Source: Macrostomum lignano
Taxonomy: Eukaryota
DNA length: 64,000 nt
NCBI GenBank assembly: GCA_002269645.1
Contig: NIVC01003075.1
Coordinates: 57,233 to 121,232 of the forward strand
Direction of reading: 5' to 3'
The notes below the pieces were generated by a model. The model did no database searches. It was not told where the DNA came from and saw nothing but the letters and a program-made list of their open reading frames with translations. The translations under genes were made by a program, and so were the position numbers. How positions within the stretch are numbered: position 1 is the first letter of the stretch; each line of letters begins with the position of its first letter. Positions 13,101 to 25,100 of this stretch are shown here, piece by piece.

Positions 13101-16100
13101 AGATGAGATTTGGGTAGATTTAGATTAGGATCCATATGAGATGAGATTTGGGTAGATTTAGATTAGGATCCATATGAGATGAGATTTGGGTAGATTAGGA
13201 TCTATACTATGAGATTAGATTTGGATCTATTAGGATCTATATGAGATTAGCTTTGGATAGATTAGGATTTATATGAGATTAGATTTGGATAGATTAGGAT
13301 CCATATGAGATTACATTTGGATAGATTAGGATCCATATGAGATTAGATTTGGATAGATTAGGATCTATATTAGATTAATTTGGGTAAATTAGGATCTATA
13401 CTATGAGATTAGATTTGGATAGATTAGGATCCATATGAGATTACATTTGGATAGATTAGGATCTATACTATGAGATAAGATTTGGATAGATTAGGATCCA
13501 TATTAGGATCCATATTAGGATCCATTTGGATAGATTAGGATCTATATGAGATTAGATTTGGGTATATTAGAATCTATATGAGATTACATTTGGATAGATT
13601 AGGATCTATATTAGATTAGATTTGGGTAAATTAGGATCTATACTATGAGATTAGATTTGGATAGATTAGGATCCATATGAGATTACATTTGGATAGATTA
13701 GGATCTATACTATGAGATTAGATTTGGATAGATTAGGATCCATATTAGGATCCATTTGGATAGATTAGGATCTATATGAGATTAGATTTGGTTATATTAG
13801 GATCTGGCTCCCTGGAAAGTAATTAGGCAACTCCATCCAGTTTATCAGCAAAAAATCTAAGCCAAAAACACTGCCTTAACACTCACCGGCAGGCGACCGC
13901 AGCAGGGACTGCACAGCTGATCCCAGAAGGCTGGAACAGGCGCCCCCTGTTAGCGCCCGACTGCTGGCATCGGGCGCTGAAGCGCCAGACGGATAAGCGC
14001 GCTCTAGCAGAGGGCCCATAGCTGAGCACACTTCGACCAGATGACTGCCGGTCACGTGAGGATGGAAGCGATCCTGAGAGCGATTGGTGAGTAAAAATAC
14101 AACAAAAATATACTGACCTTCCTTGGAATTTAATATAATCCATAATTATCGCATGGGATAGCAACAAAAAGTACCACATACTAGGATACCATCAAAAAAC
14201 TTATGCATGAAAAATTAACACACAAATCACAAATGCCAATCATGGGATGACAGCATGGAAATCCCTATCATGGGATGACAGCATGGAAATCCCAATCATG
14301 GGATGACAGCACGGAAATCTCAATCATGGGATGACAGCATGGAAATCTCAATCATGGGATGACAGCACGGAAATCCCAATCATGGGTTGACAGCAGGGAA
14401 ATCCCAATCATGGGATGACAGCACGGAAATCCCAATGGAATGGGAGCATGGAAATCCCAATCATGGGATGACAGCATGGAAATCCCAATCATGGGTTGAC
14501 AGCAGGGAAATCCCAATCATGGAATGACAGCACGGAAATCCCAATCATGGGATGACAGCATAAAAATCCCAATCATGGGATGACAGCATGGAAATCCCAA
14601 TCATGGAATGACAGCACGGAAATCCCAATCATGGGATGACAGCAGGGACATCCCAATCATGGGTTGACAGCAGGGAAATCCCAATCATGGGATGACAGCA
14701 TGGAAATCCCAATCATGGGATGACAGCATGGAAATCCCAATCATGGGATGACAGCATGGAAATCCTAATCATGGAATGACAGCACGGAAATCCCAATCAT
14801 GGGATGACAGCACGGAAATCTCAATCATGGGATGACAGCATGGAAATCCCAATCATGGGATGACAGCACGGAAATCTCAATCATGGGATGACAGCATGGA
14901 AATCTCAATCATGGGATGACAGCATGGAAATCCCAATCATGGGATGACAGCATGGAAATCCCAATCATGGGATGACAGCACGGAAATCTCAATCATGGGA
15001 TGACAGCATGGAAATCTCAATCATGGATGACAGCATGGAAATCTCAATCATGGGATGACAGCATGGAAATCCCAATCATGGGATGACAGCACGGAAATCT
15101 CAATCATGGGATGACAGCATGGAAATCCCAATCATGGGATGACAGCATGGAAATCCCAATCATGGGATGACAGCACGGAAATCTCAATCATGGGATGACA
15201 GCATGGAAATCCCAATCATGGGATGACAGCATGGAAATCTCAATCATGGGATGACAGCACGGAAATCCCAATCATGGGATGACAGCATGGAAATCTCAAT
15301 CATGGGATGACAGCATGGAAATCTCAATCATGGGATGACAGCATGGAAATCCCAATCATGGGATGACAGCATGGAAATCTCAATCATGGGATGACAGCAT
15401 GGAAATCTCAATCATGGGATGACAGCATGGAAATCTCAATCATGGGATGACAGCACGGAAATCTCAATCATGGGATGACAGCATGGAAATCCCAATCATG
15501 GGATGACAGCACGGAAATCTCAATCATGGGATGACAGCATGGAAATCTCAATCATGGGATGACAGCATGGAAATCCCAATCATGGGATGACAGCATGGAA
15601 ATCCCAATCATGGGATGACAGCACGGAAATCTCAATCATGGGATGACAGCATGGAAATCCCAATCATGGGATGACAGCATGGAAATCCCAATCATGGGAT
15701 GACAGCACGGAAATCTCAATCATGGGATGACAGCATGGAAATCTCAATCATGGGATGACAGCACGGAAATCTCAATCATGGGATGACAGCATGGAAATCT
15801 CAATCATGGGATGACAGCATGGAAATCTCAATCATGGGATGACAGCACGGAAATCTCAATCATGGGATGACAGCATGGAAATCTCAATCATGGGATGACA
15901 GCATGGAAATCTCAATCATGGGATGACAGCATGGAAATCCCAATCATGGGATGACAGCATGGAAATCTCAATCATGGGATGACAGCATGGAAATCTCAAT
16001 CATGGGATGACAGCAGGGAAATCCCAATCATGGGATGACAGCATGGAAATCTCAATCATGGGATGACAGCATGGAAATCCCAATCATGGGATGACAGCAT

Positions 16101-19100
16101 GGAAATCTCAATCATGGGATGACAGCATGGAAATCTCAATCATGGGATGACAGCATGGAAATCCCAATCATGGGATGACAGCATGGAAATCTCAATCATG
16201 GGATGACAGCATGGAAATCTCAATCATGGGATGACAGCATGGAAATCCCAATCGTGAGATGTTAATTCAAAATTCAAAATTGAGTATTGAGGAGCAACTT
16301 ACAAATTCTTCAAAACTTCGAACATGATTACGTCCAGTCCAATCCTTGCGCGGAGGCAGAAGCTATAAAAAACAAGTTTACCAAAATTTTAAATAAATAG
16401 AATTTTATTAATACCAACTAATTTAATCTGAATTACCAACCTGATTTGTTTCGCAAAGAGCTTTTAGTTGCTAAAAAAATAAAGAAAGTACATTTTTATA
16501 TCAATTGTATGCAAGAAACACATTTGAAAAATTGGAAATTAAAACAATAACAATAATAATATTAAGATCTAGTACTTACAGTAGCAACCTCTGCACATGG
16601 TCCAGTCTCAAGAAACTTTATAATCAAGTAGTAGAGCTCTAAAATTAAAGAAATGTCTATTAAGATTTTGTTTTATAAAAATAGCCTACATTAAACATGT
16701 TAAATTTTTAAGTTGAAGGCATAGATAAGGTTTTTGTGATACTGTGTTATGATATTTCAACTGTAATTTTTGCCACCTTGAATGTGGAGTCTGAATTCAA
16801 AATGGGCATTTGTTGAAGTATCTATAATCCATTAATTATTGAATTCATTTATGAAAAATTTTTATCAATTGTTATGTCTCAGTAATCCACAAGCATGAAG
16901 TCTATATACTTTGTAAATTCTATAGATGAGAAAGACTTATCATTGTAAAGAGTAGGGTAGAGACTTTAGTAATTTATTTAATTTTTAATTTTTTGACTAA
17001 TGCCAACTAGCATTCTGGGCTTTCTGGCTTTCAATTTGGCAACTTGAATTTGGACTCAATTTGTCAAACAACACTACAAATATATTATTTAAAAAAACCT
17101 AGATACCAACCAACCCAATTTAAAAGTATAGTCTTAAATGCTTAATGCATGGATAGATCCAAGAAGAGGGGCCAAGGGGGGGGGCTATAGTGCCATGCCC
17201 AAAAAAAATTGGGCTATACTTTTTTACCCTATAACCATGCAAGGTCTGTTTCCTAATATTGGGTTACAGTTGCTTAGAACAACTTGCCCCAACCCTCAAA
17301 ATTTTCTAGGTCTGCCTTTGGCTTAGTTGGATATTTTTTACTGCAAACTGCAAGCATATGGGGGAAGGAAATAGGTGTCCAATGTAGGTCATAGGAAAAA
17401 AGGTCATCTAATATAGTTTAGACCTATGCTATAAACAGACTCCTAGTTTAAAAGATTTTCTAAATATAAAAAAACATGTAACAATTCTATAAAGTATATA
17501 GAGTGTAGGAAAGTTATTTTAGAACTAGGTATATTTTAAAAAGTTGTCTAAGGAAAAATTGCATTAGACTGCAATAGATTCATCTTGTTTCTAGTGAAAA
17601 AACCTAGGAAAAAATATGACTGAATTATTTACTTAACAAAAGTTATATTTTAAGTAATAAAAGCAGGAATTAATTTGATTTGCTTATTAGTTGCTATTTA
17701 GACTTATTAAAATCTAAATGATTCACTTTATTTCTAACTTAAAAATATTGCATAAAAAGTTAGACAAGAGTTGGACAAGATTTCAATCTCGATTGTCAAT
17801 ATCTTATGACTTTTTTATCTCAATCTCAGTTTTGAGATCTAAAAAATAAAGATTTGATATTATTTGACTACTTGTGACTATGATGTTATGCTGTTATAGT
17901 AATCTTTTAGTTTGTTTCCTGAGATTTTTTCAAGTTATAATCAGTGTTGCAATATAGTGCCATGGTAGAAAATGATGTTTATGGCCAAAAGGAATAGAAA
18001 ATGGTATCAGAAAATGCTCTAGCCTCTAGCTCTTATCTTCTACTACTCTATAAACCACTCTATATACGAGGGGCACTACGAAAGTTTTTAGCTACACCTC
18101 AGCTGTTTGTCCTATCAGATTAATTTTTCACAGGCTTACAGGACCATGATGAATAAAATTTCACGCAAATATCTCGCAGCATTTAGCCGCTAGAGCCAGA
18201 TAACTTCAGCACCTCTGCCCACTTTCCAGCGGAGCTCATGGAACTGAATCGCGAGCACTTTCGTGCCATGATCTTCTATGATTATCGCAGCGGCCTTGAT
18301 TGCCGCCAGTGCCACGAAAGGCTGTCAGCGGCTTTTCCAGAAGCTGCTCCATCACTTGCGACGTCCGTCAGCAACTGGTTCCGCGAGTTTCGTCGTGGCC
18401 GAGACTCGTTGGAAGATGAGGAGCGTACAGGCCGACCTTCAACCGCCACGACACCAGAAACAGTGGCTCGTGTCCGCCAGCTGGTAGAAGCTGACTGGCG
18501 GATAACCTACAAGGAGATCGAGGCATCCCTGGGCATCCATTCGCCGGCCATCGCCAAAATCCTCCACAACCACATCGGCTTGCGCAAGCTGACCAGTTGT
18601 TGGGTGCCCCACCTGCTGAAGCCTGAGCAGAAGCAGGCCAGGGTCGACTGGTGTCGCCAGATGCTGCAGAAGTACAGCGATGGAGCGTCTAAGGCGGTCG
18701 CCGACATTGTAACATGCGACGAGACTTGGGTTTACTGCTACGAGCCAGAGCGCAAGTGCCAGTCGCAGGTGTGGGCGTTTCCGGACGAGGTGCCGCCAAT
18801 GAAGGTCGTGCGAGGCAGGAGCACCGGCAAGCAAATGGTCGCAACTTTTTTCCGTCGCTCAGGTCACGTGGCGACTGTGCGGCTGCTGGACCAGCGCACG
18901 GTGACTGTGGCCTGGTATACCGGCGTCTGCTTGCCGCAGGTCATTCACAGCCTGAGCAGGACGCGTCCGAAGTCAGGTGTCCGAGGCCTGACGCTGCATC
19001 AGGACAACGCGAGCACTCACACGGCTCAGGCAACACGGCAGTTCCTGCAGACTCAGGGACTGCAGCTGACCAGTCACCCGCCATACTCGCCTGATCTGGC

Positions 19101-22100
19101 ACCGTGTGACTTTTTTTGTTCCCTAAAGTCAAGGACTCGCTGCGTGGTCGCCGATTTTCGACTGCAGAGGAGGCTGCTGATGCATTCGACAAGATGGTGG
19201 AAGGGGTGTCGACTTCTGAGTGGCACCACTGCTTTGTCAACTGGTTTGAGAGGATGAGGCGCTGCATCCAGGCTGGTGGAGAATACTTTGAGAAGCTGTG
19301 AAAAGGGGATGTGAACTTAAGAGTCAAAATGGAGCCTGAAGCATTGGGTCCCGATTTCTCTACGCCAATCCCTTCATTTGGAGCCAACTAGCTCCCGTTA
19401 TGCCGAAAACCCGACCACTTTAGCATTTGGGGATCTCTGTGGGGAGAAAGGGGATAAATGGGGATTTCATGTGAACTTAAGGCTCTAGAATGGAGCCTGA
19501 AGCATTGGGTCCCGATTTCTCTACGCCAATCCCTTCATTTGGAGCCAACTAGCTCCCGTTATGCCGAAAACCCGACCACTTTAGCATTTGGGGATCTCTG
19601 TGGGGAGAAAGGGGATAAATGGGGATTTCATGTGAACTTAAGGCTCTAGAATGGAGCCTGAAGCATTGGGTCCCAATTTCTCTACGCCAATCCCTTCATT
19701 TGGAGCCAACTAGCTCCCGTTATGCCGAAAACCCGACCACTTTAGCATTTGGGGATCTCTGTGGGGAGAAAGGGGATAAATGGGGATTTCATGTGAACTT
19801 AAGGCTCTAGAATGGAGCCTGAAGCATTGGGTCCCGATTTCTCTACGCCAATCCCTTCATTTGGAGCCAACTAGCTCCCGTTATGACGAAAACCCGACCA
19901 CTTTAGCATTTGGGGATCTCTGTGGGGAGAAAGGGGATAAATGGGGATTTCATGTGAACTTAAGGCTCTAGAATGGAGCCTGAAGCATTGGGTCCCGATT
20001 TCTCTACGCCAATCCCTTCATTTGGAGCCAACTAGCTCCCGTTATGCCGAAAACCCGACCACTTTAGCATTTGGGGATCTCTGTGGGGAGAAAGGGGATA
20101 AATGGGGATTTCATGTGAACTTAGGGCTCTAGAGTTTATCTCAAAAACGCGCAGTGTTATGCAGCCCTTAAGCCATGTTAAGAATTATTTGTGATTATTT
20201 TGGAAACCAAGAAGCGAGTCAATGGCCCTCACATTTCAGTTTTTGGTTTAGGCCGCGAGTTTTTTACGGTATAATTGCCCAAGACCATAAGGTGCCATCA
20301 GCGCCATTCGGGCTGGCGGGTGGGGAAGCGGTCACCCTCCCCCCACCTTAGGAGGCGACCCGCAATAAATGTTTGGGAGGACCAATCGAATTTTCGCAAA
20401 AATCCAAGCCTGCCTAACTCCACCCTCCCTTGGCTAATCCACCCAGTTGGATCCGCCCCCTCCCCCCTCAGAAAATCTTTATATTATGGTATTTTTCGAC
20501 GACATTCTTTTTTATAGTTTTGAAAACCGATTCGCAAGCACCGGAAGTGTGAGATCAATATTTATATGCGATTTTACCAAGAATTTTGTTTCCTATTTGC
20601 AGATTTTTGTACAGAGAACGACCTGCACATGTTTTTATTGAACCATCAAACGCAATAGCCAGCTTTTTTAACTTGCTTTTGTATTCAACTCTGTTGCTCT
20701 CAAATGTTGTGTTGAGTATGACATCGAAAGCCTGCGTAAGTGGTTTGAAAGTTTTAATGCTCTGCATTATTTTTATGCTTTAGCAAGTTTTAAACAGTTT
20801 TACTTGATAGCTACTTGATTTCAATATTATTCCTGCTAGGTTTTCATTCATAATAGTCTGCTACGAATCAGAGAGTCACTTTATCGTGTAATAGGACTTT
20901 TCCGTTTGCGTTTACTGCGTTTGTTTTCTTTGCATCTGACTTTTCTGATTGCACAGTCATGTCTGGCAATTCATGTCCAAAGTGTGGTCATGCTTTTAGC
21001 AAAACTAGCAACTTAACTAAACATCTGCAGACGAGCAGATATGGATCTTCGCCTTCAAAAACTACTCTTGTTCCGCCGCCAGTTTTACGCAACGCTAGAG
21101 AAGCGCGGTGCTTTTTAGACTCAGCAGATGAATACATCCGATGTTTTCTGAATCCTAATATTTTCCCTAGCATTAGTAAAGACACTTTAGTAGAGCTCGA
21201 GCAGGTTACTGGCATGGATCGAAACCAGTTTAATGATTTTTGCGCGTCTCTTCCGGATACTATACGATTGCGCTTTCTGTCTAAGGAGAATCGCGTGTTT
21301 CTTTATCTGAAGAAGATACGACAAGGTCAAAGCTTCGAAGCTCTGGCTTTTGACTTTAACATATCTGCCCGTCGAGCTTGCGATATTTTTTGGGAACTAG
21401 CAGAGCAGCAGTATCGCCATGATCCTTTCCACCCACGGTTCCTTGCCAGAAGCGATGATCCATCTGGCTTGTTGAAACGCTGTGTGGTGAGAGACGAGTT
21501 CATCCTTGAAGTTTTCAATCGACTGCTAAAAGGAAAGCAGCTGGTATTGCTTGTCGGAGACCACACCTATTTTTATCTTTCTAAGAGCAGCTGCCACCAC
21601 GCTCAGACCCGAACCTACTCTGCTCACAAAAGTAGTAATGTGACAAAAAAGATGGCTATTGTAAACAGCCATGGACACATAATCTACTGTGGGCCGCTAA
21701 CAGGCGCTATCTCACCAGTTCTTGGCGATGGAAACCTGACGGCACTACAACTCGAAATGGAGGCAAGTGGCACAATTGAAGCAGATTTACTACGAATTCT
21801 GTGCTCAGGTTGCAGTGCCTTTCAGGTTGTCGCTATCTTTGATAAAGGCTATACACGCCAGCCCTGCTCTCCAATGAGTTTAAACTTCGTTGATTTTGTA
21901 AAGAGAGAGAGCGAAGGCAATACATCGCTCCTCTTTCCCACTGGTCCAGGTGACGAGGTGCTAAACGAGAATTTTGAACTTGTTGAGAACCAAGTTCCAA
22001 AACAAGGACTACCAATCACTGGAAAGCTAACGGCATTGGAAGCCAACACAAGTCGCTGTGCAACAATGTTTCGTTATCTTGTCGAGTGCAGCTTTGCTGC

Positions 22101-25100
22101 AATCAAGCAAGACAAGTGCATCAACGAAAGACATGAACCATATCAGTGGCTGCAGCCTGCGATGTTCTGTGATCGCAGCCGCCTCGATGTTGTCATCGAG
22201 AATTCTATGGCCATGTACAATCGCACGCATCCGGGTTTTGAGTCGCATAGAAAGCTTCTGTCATCATGGTCCGGGCTCTCGCTCTTTGAATACGGCCAGA
22301 ACTTTACACAACGTGTGTTTTTATCAAACGAACTGGATGAAATTGAGCAGTTGGGCTACAACTGCGATCTAACGCGAATTCCTACTGCTAGCTCCAGGAT
22401 TTGGACCGTGGTTGATCCGCTAGATCCTCAAAGCTCTGGGTTTCCCAGAATCTGTCCCGAAAATCTAGAGGAGGTGTCAGTGGGACCATATCAGCTTGAA
22501 CAGTCTGACAGCTACATTCAAAATATTCGAGTCAGGGAAGTACTCGGCAGCTATGATGGTGACTCCTGGCAACAGTTTGAGGCTCTAACATCAGAATTAC
22601 CCAGTCATTTGAAATGCTGGAAGTTCCTGCAAGTGACTCAGCCAACCAACTGGAGCAGCAAATTCGGCCAATGGCAACCATCATGGATCTATTTGGCTGC
22701 TGTCTTCTCGCGTCACAAGTCCAAGGTTTATCGCGTACTTCTTCGAATCTGCAAAACTCCCTATGGCAACCGATTTGGCTTTCGAGATTCTGGCCTGCAA
22801 TTTCTACATGGCTACTACTCGACATCAGTTGCCGGTAGCAAAACAGCAGGTTGTGACTGCCATGTCATGGCCGTGCTGAAGATATTAGGCTGCTACGCCT
22901 ACGAGCCTCAAGGTTACAAGAATTCCGGTGCAAGAGTTCGTTTCGTTGATTCTGTCCTTCCGCGCGTACTCATTTCCAGATTATATGGCAGTGTAGATGA
23001 AACAACACCTCAGGCTCACCAAAACAGCCAACGGGACCGGAGCCAGCATCCCCAACATCATCGTCAAGATCAGCAGAGTCAACATGAGACTTCACAGTCA
23101 GACTTTGGCCGTTCGCAGAATCCGAGACTTGTCGGTCTCTCAAATAGAGGTCTGCAATGTTACGCTAATGTTGTCGTGCAGCTCTTTCACTTTCTTCAAT
23201 ACGACATGAAGATCATATTGCCTGTGAATGGCGGTATGGTACATAACGCCATGAGAGACCTGCTGACCGCCATGGCGACAGGGCCTGCCAGCGTAGATCG
23301 GTTTTTGGAAGCATTGAGAGGCCAACTACCAGATCAATTCGCGCCTAGACAGCAGCACTGCATGAATGAACTGCTGCAGTGCGTTCTGCAGCGAATGGAA
23401 CTGGAGCCGCGCAGTCTCACAGAGTTTTCTCTGGTTCGAACTTGCCAGAGCTGCCTCAGCTCCATTGAAGAGCTTCCCAATGGAACCATCGACGGCAGAG
23501 TGATTTCAATCGCATTAAAGCAGTTTTCAAGTGCACCAATCAACATTGAGAACCTCTACAATGCGTGGACAACACCACAGCGTTTGCAATGTGTGAATCC
23601 AGAGTGCAATGGTGAGTCCGTCCAAGAAGTAAAAGCTGTTGCCGGGAGAGTGACACTGCTGCACATTAACCAGACGGGATCTAATGGGCACAAGCTGCAC
23701 ACGAGTATCAATTGGTCAGATCGAGCAGGAAGTGTCTCGTCCCTTGGTTGCCCAGTGTTTACTATTTCGCATCAAGGCCGCTCTATGCAAGAAGGGCACT
23801 ACACCTGCTGCATCTTTAAAAGCAACGTCTGGTATAAAATCGATGACATGAGGATTGAACCAGGTTGGAATCCATTTGTTCATGAAACAGGATTCCTTAC
23901 ATTGATCGCAATGGTGCAGGCTTAGGCAGTTAGTGAGCTGCTACTAGTATGACGACAGCTAAAGCGCATTTTGCTTTCAAGATGACAAACATTAAAGTAA
24001 ATTTTTTTCAAAACCTTCAACTTGTTAATTAAAAATATTTTATATTTGCTTCCGACTAATAAAGGAGTGCTGCAATAATAAATATAATAATACGAGTGTA
24101 CAAAGACATTACATGCATTTAAAATACAATTGCTCTTTGACTTCTCATTCATTAAATAGGAGTACAGGGCCAAATTTCCAGATGGTTATAGTCATCTGGG
24201 CCGACAAGTTATCGATTCCAGTCGGTTTCGTCTGCTGGCCTCATTCGAGCTCCATTCTGGAGCCTTAAGTTCACATGAAATCCCCATTTATCCCCTTTCT
24301 CCCCACAGAGATCCCCAAATGCTAAAGTGGTCGGGTTTTCGGCATAACGGGAGCTAGTTGGCTCCAAATGAAGGGATTGGCGTAGAGAAATCGGGACCCA
24401 ATGCTTCAGGCTCCATTCTAGAGCCTTAAGTTCACATGAAATCCCCATTTATCCCCTTTCTCCCCACAGAGATCCCCAAATGCTAAAGTGGTCGGGTTTT
24501 CGGCATAACGGGAGCTAGTTGGCTCCAAATGAAGGGACTGGCATAGAGAATTTTCGGCATAAGGCTCCATTCTAGAGCCTTAAGTTCACATGAAATCCCC
24601 ATTTATCCCCTTTCTCCCCACAGAGATCCCCAAATGCTAAAGTGGTCGGGTTTTTGGCATAACAGGAGCTAGTTGGCTCCAAATGAAGGGATTGGCATAG
24701 AGAAATCGAAGGGATAAAGTGGTCGGGTTTTCGGCATAACGGGAGCTAGTTGGCTCCAAATGAAGGGATTGGCATAGAGAAATTGGGACCCAATGCTTCA
24801 GGCTCCATTCTAGAGCCTTAAGTTCACATGAAATCCCCATTTATCCCCTTTCTCCCCACAGAGATCCCCAAATGCTAAAGTGGTCGGGTTTTCGGCATAA
24901 CGGGAGCTAGTTGGCTCCAAATGAAGGGATTGGCGTAGAGAAATCGGGACCCAATGCTTCAGGCTCCATTCTAGAGCCTTAAGTTCATATGAAATCCCCA
25001 TTTATCCCCTTTCTCCCCACAGAGATCCCCAAATGCTAAAGTGGTCGGGTTTTTGGCATAACAGGAGCTAGTTGGCTCCAAATGAAGGGATTGGCATAGA

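Noticed and set aside
14232-16252. CRISPR-like regular 28-bp repeats with an internal hairpin (TCCCA-ATCA-TGGGA); also GGGAAATCCC kappaB-like sites
   Set aside because: There are no unique spacers, no cas genes and the context is a eukaryotic intron. The full kappaB match occurs only in a few variant units and has no supporting evidence.
17150-17290. Possible GGATCC-type MITE remnant (gatagatccaag...gggg / cccc...ctaggtctgcc)
   Set aside because: The inverted ends are too degenerate and there is no TSD.
20281-20297. GACCATAAGGTGCC resembling the GTTACGACCATAA motifs of the MITE at 26.4-27.2 kb
   Set aside because: It is a short AT/GC-balanced match found once, the termini of the two elements are unrelated, and it is probably chance.
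20555-20767. Possible second, divergent ORF of the Spy-like element (MQSIKTFKPL...)
   Set aside because: It is only 70 aa with no recognisable Myb/MADF/YqaJ motif, and cannot be supported without homologous copies.
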